DNA of 56,756 nucleotides, counting the filler, from Trypethelium eluteriae (Eukaryota): NCBI GenBank assembly GCA_051942245.1. It is 2 parts of 2 records of this genome, joined end to end, with 100 filler letters (N's around TTAATTAATTAA, not from the genome) between each part and the next. Parts side by side here need not be neighbours in the genome. Positions count along the whole stretch, not along the records: positions 1 to 28,358 come from JAVECL010000312.1; positions 28,459 to 56,756 come from JAVECL010000313.1. One strand, 5' to 3'. Positions 24,865 to 35,902 of the stretch are shown here, piece after piece; positions within the stretch are counted from its first letter, which is position 1; each line of letters opens with the position of its first letter. A model generated the notes under the pieces. It ran no database searches and was not told the origin of the DNA. It was given only the letters and a program-made list of their open reading frames with translations. The position numbers and the translations under genes were made by a program.

Positions 24865-26128
24865 GGCGGCGAAATCGAGGTCGAGGAGACTCTGAGGCAA
24901 AGTAGGTCCTGATAAGGTCGGAACCTTCAAGGTTTGTGGATCTTTGTTTAGTTCTTCTCGTATCTAGCAATGACTTTCGAGCGACTGTGACACTGTATGG
25001 TCAGTGAATGTGATGGCGAAGTGCAATGCTGGGAGTCACAGTCCAAACGGAGGGTGAAAGAGGTATTTTGGAAGTCATGTAACAGCGGAAGACCTTGGTT
25101 GAACAACGGAATCTGCTTTAACGCAAGCAATGCAAACATGGAGAAAAGTTGGATATCATCCCAATTCTTCCGCTGGGCACTTAAATTGGCGATTCACACG
25201 CACACACCTTTTTTCGTCTAGTAATATCTCCTCTCTCTATCAGCTCTATCTCTACTTGTCCGTTTGATGAGTCGGATTACGGGATAAGGGTCCGAGGTGC
25301 GGCAATCAGGTTGAGGCTCAGAAAAAACGAAAGCACATGTGCTCAGGCACCGTTGGGATGGCACATGAGCGTTAAGAGCCGTGGAAAGAATTGCGGGCGT
25401 TTCTCCCTTCCTTCTCATAATATTGGCTCCCATGGCCGTTGGACCGCTTGTCTTCGTACTTCCGTACCTATGTGCGGGGAAGCTGCGTCGCCGGCCCAGT
25501 CACAGCAGCTCTCAACAAGGACTCAGCAGGTGGTATCCTGGCCGGAAACTTGCCGTCGCCGCCGAGGTCAGCAAGCCTCTGTCTCATGGCTACTGGAAGC
25601 CTGACAATTGAAGTTGCCGCTGGGTGGATTTCAGTGTTGGCTGAGCTTACCAACCGGCTTTCTGCGATAAGTCAGATCCACAGTGGGGGATGCTTTGCTT
25701 TGTCCGGAGCCCGGTACGCGTGCCGGAGTTGCAGTGAGACGGATTGCAGTCTGATGAGCTGTGGACTGAGTTTCAATTACTACTCAACTTTCTATCTGCC
25801 TACGAAGGTATATTGACTTCGGTGTCAAACTTTTGGACTGTTTACAGTCGTCGTTGTTGCTCGTGTGCTCATGCATGCACCGAGTCTAGAAGGAGCGGGG
25901 TCGTGTCGTCCCCTCGTCTGATTGGTTACCGTAAACGGATATAGTGCCAGTACGTCATCGTCACAACTGTCACAACTGCCTCGCCTCGTTTCCCAGTCGA
26001 AGCAAGAAACGAAGTTATAATCATACGTGTTTCAAGCTGTTCGATCTATGGTCTATGATCTAATTGTATTGATCATTCTTTTGCCCATATACAGCTCAGG
26101 CATTGTTCTTGCATGCCCGAATATATTT

Positions 26129-27151
26129 TTAGTAGGTGGCGGGAAGTGTACTCAACCTACCTCCATCAATCACCATTATATTCCCATTCAGGTAAGCCCC
26201 AGCTCTCGATGCCATATATAGGACTGTACCTCCCATATCCTCTTCTGAGCCTATTCTTTCTGCCGGAATATAGCTCTTATCAAACGCCCCTGTCTTTGTA
26301 GCATCCCCTCTTGCGTGCGCTACTAGTGGCGCAGCAAGTTCGGACATAAACACTATAATCGCCTATTAGTAATTCCTAACTCAAATTTTGTTCAGGAGTC
26401 AGCGCGTGCGAGATTGATACTTACATCCCGGTGCTAAAGCGTTACACCGAATACTCCACTTCGTAAAAAATGTCGCAAATTGCTTCATCAGATGCGTCAC
26501 CGCCGCCTTACTCGTACAGTACGCAAAACCAGCCACTGCATTCCGATTGAAGCTTCCAATACTACTCGTCGTGATGATCTGGCTCTTCACCTCTGGGCCC
26601 ATATTCCCCTTCCGATTGCCCGCGTCCAGCAGCTCCAAGAACGCCAGCACTGTGTAGTACACCCCCGTGCAGTTAACGGCATACGTCCGCGTGAACTCCT
26701 CCATTGGGTCGCTCCAAGCCTGTTCCACGAATTCAGATAGCGTTGGTGGCGCTTCTACCTTATCGCGCGCGTTCGGGGGGCCTCCAATCCCAGAGTTGGG
26801 GACCAGAAGGTTAACATAGCCAACCTCTGACTTGATCCGAGCAGCAACAGATTGGAGAGATTCCTTGGAGGAGACATCGCCGACAATGGGAATGATATTA
26901 CCGTGTTGGCCTTGTGACGCGGCGGATTCGAGGACATCTTTGCGCCGCCCGATGATGTAGACCTTTGCGGCGCCGTTGGCTTCGAGGGCTTTGGCGATCA
27001 TGAGGCCGATGCCTGAAGAGTGATGTTAGGAGGCATGATACTAAGAAGTTGAAACATTTCAAACGATTGATACAGTACCTGTTCCGCCGCCCGTGATGAC
27101 GGCCACCAATCCATTAACGGAGAAAAGAGAGTTCCGCTCTAGATTTGCCAT
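26129..27151 (-). CDS. Short-chain dehydrogenase/reductase; introns 27078-27013, 26424-26353
   Basis: VAVITGGGTGIG Rossmann motif spanning intron 1, YCTSK catalytic motif, NALAPG, C-terminal YLNGNIMVIDGG. Confidence 0.92.
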
Positions 27152-27986
27152 ATTTCTTATGGAAAAGATTTATGGTATTTTTTGAGTATATCCTGTAAAT
27201 AAATTGATACGTCTCCGAAGAAAGACAGATCAGAGATTTCAACGTGTTACCAAACGGGGAAAATGGTACGCGTAGAGTACTGTACTCTAATCCACTTAGT
27301 TATATACAAAGCGAACCACCGAGAACGAGACGACGTCGTCGCGGATACAGAACAGAGATCCGACGCTTGGAGCAATATTTTCGGATCGAGTATATCAGGA
27401 AAAGTCGGAATCCGATCTATCCAATAAGGCGTGGTACTTGTGTTGATTACTATGTGTCTGCCAGAAACACCTCGGTTACCGTACTCTAGTACCGTAATCC
27501 AATCAACATCAGCCAAAATTTGACGTCAGCACTTGAAGAAAGAAAAATGGCATTGTACTAACCCTGAGCAGCGTCTTGGTTTTTACTAGCTACCATCCTA
27601 CGATCGTTCTTGTATCGCTTCAATTACGAACGTTTTATTGCAAGTAACAGAATCTGTTAGTATTTAAAGACATTTTATATCAAATGCCAATGCTATGTTT
27701 CCAGCTTTTACTTAGCAAATACTAGAAACCCAGGTAGTTCCGTAAATGTCCCGATGAACAAATGAAGCATAGTATACAGAATGGAATCTAAAGAAAATAA
27801 ACCAACGCCCAAAAAAATTCAGTTCTGCCCTCAGTAATCAAAACTCAATGTTTGAATGCCTAACGACCCTGTATCCAACAAGAGATTTTCCGAAATGAAG
27901 TGGTCGGATGAACGAGATCAACGCCTCAGATATGCCGTGCAATAAAAACCCAGGAAAACGCCTTTTCAGCAGCTGTCTGCTCGCTC

Positions 27987-28358
27987 TTAATTTGCTTCGT
28001 TCACCTCCGCATCAACGTGCAACCACTCCGCAATCCACTTCCGCATCCACACATCCCCCACCTCCTCGACCTCCCTCAACTTCGCACTCGCATCCATCGT
28101 ACGCGTCAAGTCCAACTGATTCGACTCCTCCCCCTCCTCCACCAAAGCCCCCGCAAAAAAATCCAACAACTTCAACGCCGGCCGCTTGGCCACCAGCGCC
28201 GCCAGCTCCTCCTCGCTCTTCTCCCCCTCCTCGCTCCTCCGCAGCCTCGCAAGCCACTCCCCCGGCGCCACGACCTCCACCTCCTTCCCCGCCAGCTCCT
28301 CAATCGCCGCCCGCACGCCGGGGAGCAGCGCCCCCCAGCTCGTCGCGTGCGCATTCTG
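27987..28358 (-). CDS. C-terminal fragment of an NRPS-like carboxylic-acid reductase (terminal reductase domain); the rest is lost in the gap
   Basis: QNAHATSWGALLP..EWLARLR..PALKLLDFF..SAKLREVEEVGDVWMRKWIAEW matches the typical end of fungal A-T-R enzymes. Confidence 0.75.
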   Translation of the reverse strand, partial: QNAHATSWGALLPGVRAAIEELAGKEVEVVAPGEWLARLRRSEEGEKSEEELAALVAKRPALKLLDFFAGALVEEGEESNQLDLTRTMDASAKLREVEEVGDVWMRKWIAEWLHVDAEVNEAN

Positions 28359-28458
28359 NNNNNNNNNNNNNNNNNNNNNNNNNNNNNNNNNNNNNNNNNN
28401 NNTTAATTAATTAANNNNNNNNNNNNNNNNNNNNNNNNNNNNNNNNNNNNNNNNNNNN
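28359..28458. other. Artificial assembly gap: N44-TTAATTAATTAA-N44
   Basis: Exactly 100 nt, with a palindromic linker giving stops in all six frames. Confidence 0.97.
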
Positions 28459-28487
28459 GGGTTGGGTTGGGGAGGGGGGATACTTAC

Positions 28488-31400
28488 AGCTTCGAGCACC
28501 GCCATGAGGGACTCCTTGTTGTCGCGAAGGACGCGCATGACGTGCTCGCAGGTGGTGCGGAAGCTGCCCTCGATATTGCTGACTTCCATGGCGAACGTCA
28601 GCATTCGGGTGAGGCGGAAGGGCACGCGCTCGGGATATTTTTCGCGGTGCATGGCGACTTCGAAACAGTCGCCGAAGTCGATGTGGATGATTTTGCCGGT
28701 TGCGCGATCTAGCATCAGATTTGATGGATGTCTGTCACCGAGACCAAGGATGTAACCAACCATCGACATCACACCCAGCGAGCGGGTGTAGTTTGTACGT
28801 CGGTCAAGCCAGGCTTCTGAGCTCTTGCTCTTAAGCCAAAGGACACGGTACAAATCTTGGCCCGTCGTATTGTCGAGTGCGTAGCCAAAGACTTCCACCT
28901 TCTGCATAAGTGTCAGGTTGTCATAATCCGGCGCCATCTGAAGCATGATACGGTGCTCAATGTTGAGAAGGATTTTGCGGCTGTCACGGTACTCGCGAAT
29001 AAGGACGTGCAAGGTGTCACTATTTGGTACCCAGCCAAGGAGACCTGACTGCGTAGATAGAGGGATAGCGGCATATGGTTGAATATTGAGGTGTCGCTTG
29101 AGGCATTCAGGGTCATTGGCCAGTAGGGTATTGACAAGGCCGAAGAGCTGCATGACGCGCTCGTCCTGACGGATATCTTCGTGTCCCTTGAGCACATAAG
29201 CGTAAGTCTGGCCGTCGCTACCCTTCAGTGTGAGTTTCCTTGGTCGTTGCTTGGATTGAATAACTGTGCAAACAGGGTCAAAGGATGCGATGCGGGTGAC
29301 AGGTTTGCCGCTCTGATATGTTCCGGGCGCTGCAAGATCGAGATCCTGAGCAGCCTTCAGCCTTGGAGAAACATATTGTAGTTCCAGACTCATGAGCTGC
29401 GGCAGTTGGCGCGCGATCTTGCGGAAGACTTGGTAGTAAAGATCCCATGCTGCATTCAATTCTTGAATGTCATTTGTCTTTAGGTAATTGTCACACCAAT
29501 CTTTCGCTTCTTGGAGGTCACGACCGAAAGATTGGATAAACGAGATCTCGCGTAGCGTTTCTGGGCCATTCTCCAGCATTTGGTGAAGGGGTCGCAAGGT
29601 GTTCATCATGCCGTCAACGTTGTGATCACCAAAATACAGCCTTGATGCTTCTTCTAGTCCCTCGTGCCATTGCTCGTGCCAAAGGACTGCGATTCGGATG
29701 AGTTCGTGACTGACAAGATCAGCCTGTTCCACCAGCCTTGGGCTATGCTGTCGCATAGCGTCCATAATCTGGGTTGCAGACCGAGAGCGATTTCTCAAGT
29801 CGGATTTCATTGAAATAGTAAGAGGATATACCAAAGCTTGAGGGTGTGCGCGGCCAACTTCCACCAGCAGATTGTAAATGGATTGTCGTATCCTTGCATT
29901 TGGTTGGTTGATTCGTGCGATAAGCTGTGGCATGACTTCCAGCCAAGTGTCAATATTGACCGTCGCAAAGCCTTCTGTAACAGCTTGATTGACTTCGTGA
30001 TACCCACCGTGAGCGAACCAAAGAGTAAGCAGTCGAAGCGTATCCTGCAGCGAGCTTGTAGACGACAGTGCGATTGATTTGAAGAAGCCCTCTATAGCGG
30101 GTACCACATATTCAACGATGGTATCTCGATGCACCTTCGCGACCTCGCGGTCGGCTTCGGAAGTGATGGAAGTTACCACCTCAAAATTTGCAAGCGCCCA
30201 AGCATGCCAGGCTTTGTACCACTGTGGATTTTCTTTGGTCGCTTCTCGATATGACTGAAGGATGTCATGTACGTGAGGCTCATCCGGTCCCCACTCTCCT
30301 CGATGCAAGAGTGTTTGCCAATGGCCTTGCTTCAAGTGACACCGCGCAAGGAGCTGCGTCCATTCCGTCAATTCTTTCGTTGTCGTAGAAGCTGTGGAAC
30401 ATCCGTTCAGGAGGTGTGTGCCGTTGATCCCATTGATATTCATTCCGTTGACTCCATTGGTGAGATGGTGCACGCCATTAACTCCGTTAACCGCAGTGAG
30501 ACCATTCATGTGGGTGCCATTGCTGATCTCCCGAGATTTGCTTTGTAGGTCATCTGACAGTCGGCCAGTGAACTCCTGCAAAGCAGATAGCGCCACACTT
30601 TGGTTTCCTGTGGACCACATGTACTTGAATATAGTATACTCCACTTGGTACGGAGCGTGTTGGTCCCTATTTCTCATATAGTCAGAGACAGTCTCACTCT
30701 TACCGATGAGTGAATGCAATGATTTTTCTGCCAGGCCATTTCGTCCAGCCTTCCGGCACAAGTTGGTATACTTTATCCATATTTCCATATTGTCCTTTGG
30801 ATGAATCACCAAGGCTCGCACCTTGAGCATTCTTTGCCAAACCTCGACATTGCGTTGACAGCCCTTCAGACGCTTGGTCCATGTCTGCCGCATATTCTCC
30901 TGCTTCTCTGGATTGTTGGCATTCTGCTTGTAGGTAATGATCTCTTCAAGCTCTGCAAGCATCTGTAATCGAACAATGACACTATATGCACGATTGTAAG
31001 ACTCTCCCAAGAGGGCGCTAAGCTCAGTATCCAGGCCATCACGCGCACGTTCAATGTGTACCAGGGCGTTGTCAAAGTCGTTACGATGGATGGAGAGAAT
31101 CGCGCCAAAGAAGGATCGGTCGGGCGAATGTGGCTTCATCACAGAGAGGTAATTATCCATGAGCTCCCATTGGCGCATGCCCCATGCAGCCGCCGCTGCT
31201 AGATGAGCAATAACACGCCTCTCATCCTGTGCAGCATGCATCCATTTCTCTTGGGCAAGATTCGAAAGAATGTCCCATTCACCAAGGGCATGGAGACAGC
31301 GCATCTTACCCATTGTGATCTCGAAATTGTCGGGTTCACTTTGTTCGCGCCGTTGATAATTCGCAAGCGCATCTTCCCACCTCTGGAGCTTTTCGAACCA

Positions 31401-34400
31401 GGTCTCCTTAAGATCGACGTCCGTGTATCCTTGCGCTTTTCTGAGAATACCAAATGCTGCATCAGTTTGCTGTAGCTGATTGTTGATACTAATTAGCGCT
31501 TCTACAGCACTTGCATTCTGCTCGGCATTGAACTCCAGCTCTTTGTAGTGCAGCGCTTTCGCAAATGCATGACACTTGCCGGCGTACATTCCCAGTGTTC
31601 GCACATCGATAGGTAGCGCTTTGTCGTCGTGTTCCATAAATTCTGCCAAATTCAGCAGCACTTGTAGAATTTCCGGCGGAATATTAGGCGATGTTAGGGC
31701 TGTCTCAATGGATCGTACTAGCTCTTCCTGATACTGATCGTAAAGTTCGGTCCAGCATGAGACAAATGCAGAATTGAACAAACTTCGTGCAATTGGGCTG
31801 TATATGCTCGCAAGCGGGGCGCATGCGCGCAGAGCTTGCTGCGGCGATTCTTTGAGGAGCTCGACGCTAAAGCGACGCATCCACTCCTGCCAGTCTTCAC
31901 GCGTCGATTTAGAGTGCGCTTCCCAAGCATTCTTGAGATGTTGTTGGTTGACTGGGAGTCTTCTGGTTGAAATCTCTTGTGGCTGGTCATCGTCGTCATC
32001 AGCGTACCGCTCATCTGGACTGAGGTCTTGTGGCAAAGGCTCAGCTTTTCGAAGTTTTGATACGATAAGAGAGTAGTTGGCGTGGTGTATCTTGTGGGCT
32101 TGGAGAATCTTATCAATGGTGGGTACAAATGGCATGTAGTCTGGACCCAATTGAAAGACGAGGGCACACAGCGTATCCAACGCTGTCTGCTTCAGTGCCG
32201 CATCGGGACCCGCTAAAATTCTTGCCAAGGGATGGATTATTTTTGCGGCAAACTCGGATATATTGACCTGTCTTGAAAGCTTTCCAATCGTCTCAATGGC
32301 GAGCTGCCGAATTCTTAGTGCTTGACCGGGCTTCTCAAACATACGTACTATCACTGGGATGATAATATGCATGTACTCCTCAGCACTGGAGCCGAAGATC
32401 CAGAAGGCATGGAGAACTTTCTCAGACGGAACCCTCCGTTGAGTCGCATCCTGATCGAGTACCCCTAGCATGAGCGGAAGGACATTTGCTAAGTAAACCT
32501 TGAACTCGCCCTCTAACGAGCGAGCGATAGCCTCGATGAGCAATAGGATTGTTGATTGAAGTTGAGCCGATGCGCCCCAAAAGTCCTGTACAGTCTCGAG
32601 AATCGACGGAAGATACGGGCGAATGTGCTGGCGAACAATTCTCACCAAATGGCTAAGCTGATTGAAGTACGACTCAAGACGACCGACCGGGGCCATTCGG
32701 ATAACAGTGATAAAGCCCGGTACTACTTGTGCGAGAAAGCTGACACACTTGAGACCCATGGTGGCATAGATATTCATCACTGCCGTAACGACATCCGAGT
32801 GAAAGGACATCAACGAGCTGTCCTTGAGCATTGCCATCAACGTGTTAATCACAACAGTTGGGTAGTACTCCTCATTTGACGGCGTCAATCCATTCATGAT
32901 TAATGAAACATCTGTGACAGCTTGAGCTTCAGCGGTGGAATTACTGTCCAGCGACGCCTCAACGACTGTCTGATGCCTATAAGGATCCAGCGCCCCCAGT
33001 ATACCCATAAGACGGATTGTTTCGCGGCGCAACGGGCTCGCTTGCTCGGTCTTAATGATGTTGATGAGGATTGTTAGAAGCTCCGGATGATCTATGTATG
33101 GGTCGATAACGTAACCAGAATTGCTTGCCAGTTGACCGAGTGCGCGCAACGCTGAACTGCGTTTCAGCTCGGAGCTCAGATCTTGCAGACTTTCAATGAT
33201 GATATTCATCAACTCCGGAATGTATTGAACCATGTCTTCGCCACCAACTGTCGCAAGGTCGCCGATAGCTCTAAGCGTAGTTGATGCTACATCTGGATTT
33301 GCATCTCGAGCCTTCGGTAGAAGTACAGCAATCATGGGATCCACATACGGTTTGATCAATCTTGAGGAAGCCGAGACTAGATCACTAATCAGTCTTGCGC
33401 TTTCCTCTTTGTTCCGTGGATTATTGGAATACTCCATCTCGGTCAGAAGTTGGATGAGAACCTTGCGTAGCGAGGGAAAGACGTAGGCCGGATTTTGTTC
33501 CGTGAGTCGTCCAATAATAGCCATGGCCGCTTCCCTGATACCAAAGACTTCGTCGTTCAAGCACAAGAATAAAGTACGCACATTCTCGGCTTTGCCCAAA
33601 TGACGGTCGAAGCGTGCATCTAATGATAACAGCACTGTTCTGCGAATATCAGGGTCGGGATCGGCGACTCCGACTGTCAAAAGTTTCTCGATGACATCGC
33701 TTACAACCTGTATCGCGTGATGACTTGTTTGATGGACGATGGGATCGCGCACGAAAAGTTGGCAGCAAGTCAAGACTGCTGCTCTTCGGATATCCGGATT
33801 ATCATCCTCAACGTACCGGATTGCTACATCGCGCACGAATTCGTTGAGTATGTAACCAGAGAAGTCGAAACTGCCGAGAGTGTGGAGAGCAAGAGCAATC
33901 TCTGCTTCCCGCTGCTTAAGCTCTTGTGGATCCTTCTGATCTCGCGTAAAGATAGGTGGAAGTGATCCTGTATGAGTAGGGCTCCCAAGGGACACAAAAG
34001 GCCTTCCACAGAGGACTTGACTTAGCAAATCCAGCAACTTCTGCTGTATTAGACTCTTCACCGGGGGAATGTAGTGTGCCATATCGACCAGCGCTTGTGT
34101 CAAAGAATCGCTCAGCCCACATGCAAAGATAGGATCCAATATGGCCTCCATGTATTTGCTCAGTGTTTGGCCCACTGCAATCGAAATCATGCTGATGCAC
34201 TCAAAGATCGGTGCCTCCTGTGTGTTCTTGTTACGAGCCTTATCGCTCAAACCAGTACGAATGTATACGAGAATGCCGTCCAGGTATGGGGCAATTTGGC
34301 TGCCAACAGCACTCGCAATCTTTCCAATCGCAATGAATGCTGGATTTCGCGTTTTCTCATTCTTGAGCAAGCCTTGGAGGTGTAGCATGAATTTATGCAA

Positions 34401-35428
34401 GTAACTGCTTCCGAACTCATTTGGAGCATAGCTGGCAAGGATTGGGATGAGATCCACGACTTCTTTTCTGATCAGCGGTTCCCGGTGCTCTTTGTAAATG
34501 AGGACGGTTTCACACGCTTCCCTGTATCTTTGACCATGCATGAACATCCCTCCTTTCAGAAGGAGCTCCTTCATTGTCAGTAATGAACCATGGGTAGCGT
34601 CAACTGAGTTCAGTTGGAAGCCTTTCCGGATCTCATCATAGACACGTATGAAGAATTGCTGGCGAAGGATGGAATCTCTGGCCGCAATGATCTCAAAGCA
34701 AGCACTGATTGCCTCAGCCGCAGACTCCCGGATAAGGACCTTTTGATCTCGAAGAGCCACCCAGATGACCTCAAAGATCTGTGGAACCCATTGGTAGAGT
34801 AGAGTTGGGGAGTTCCGAGCAAGCTCGCCAAGAGTCAAAACCGCTGCAAATCGTCTATTTTCTTGTCTTTCGATCTGAAGCCATTCAAGCGCACTCTTAA
34901 CCTCAGCTTCCACAAGTTCTGCAGTAAGAGCTCCTCCTGGTGTTGCGAGTCTCCCTAGTGTTCGTGCTGCTACCACCATAGCACTGGTATCGCTTCCCCT
35001 CATCACAGCTCTGAGGTAGCCAGCAAATCTCGTAGTTTTCTGCGCAGGATCATCGCCTCGGAAATCTATGAGCTGGTTGAGGGCGTATATGCCTCCGATT
35101 CGATCATGAGTGTCAATACCCTGGACGATGAACGCGTGGACACGGCTGAGACAGTCGGAGTAGTAGGCTTGATAAGGCGCTGGCTGAAGGTCTATGTCTG
35201 ATGTTAACAGACCAAGTCTCACGCAGATATGGAGCTTGCCTGACCTCGATGAGCTGTTTCCAAGCTTGAACGAAGTTCAATAGCGCCCCTCTTTCGGGTC
35301 TCATCGTTCCTAATTTTTGTCAGTATCCAGGCAGCATCGCGTTTCAAGTCGAATTCTCACTTGGAGCGTAGATCTTGTGTGCATCTCTCCAGAGCGTCCT
35401 TGAAAGAGAGGGGTATGAGTGTCGCCAT
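28488..35428 (-). CDS. TOR: TOR kinase, 3'-partial (FATC end lost in the gap); introns 35360-35310, 35244-~35192, and one starting at 28487
   Basis: HEAT repeats, FAT domain, FRB (LWHEQWHEGLEEASRLYF) and PIKK kinase motifs (LKGHEDIRQDERVMQLF, GDRHPSN, HIDFGDCFE). Two short 5' exons MATLIPLSFK../NDETRKRG.. Confidence 0.97.
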
Positions 35429-35902
35429 GGCTGCAGACGAAGCCCTTCTTGTAGGCTCAGACTATGCGAGACAGCTTCCGAGCCATTCGCGGAGCAAAGT
35501 AGAGTCAAATGAAAGAAAGGGAATAAGAAACCGCGCAGCGAGAGCGCAGGCAGAAAACCGCGTGCCCGGAGCTATGCTCTCTATGGGGAACCTCGACCCT
35601 CGCTACCTAAGGCTCCTCGGGCCGGCGATTCTTCGGCTTCAAGTAGCTCCGATTCGTCTTATGCTCTATCTGGGGATACAAAAAGCACGCACAAGCTGAG
35701 CACCTTTTAAAGGAATCAATTGCTAGGATAGCTAGCACGAGGGTAGTGTGATATTTAGAAAGGACATTGATCATACTCTGTTGTACATGTATCAACTAAA
35801 GGGGGTTCTCCAGCGTGACAGGCAGTCTCGAAGCTTTGCGCTGGATTGGGCACGAGCCATCTAAGTAGGTATGCACGTTATGGTAGCAAGCATCGAGCGC
35901 AT

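Noticed and set aside
25218..25980. Overlapping short ORFs and a 9-bp duplication (GTCACAACT x2)
   Set aside because: Consistent with ordinary upstream DNA of the carrier gene.
28403..28414. Palindrome TTAATTAATTAA
   Set aside because: Synthetic six-frame-stop linker between N runs; not biological.
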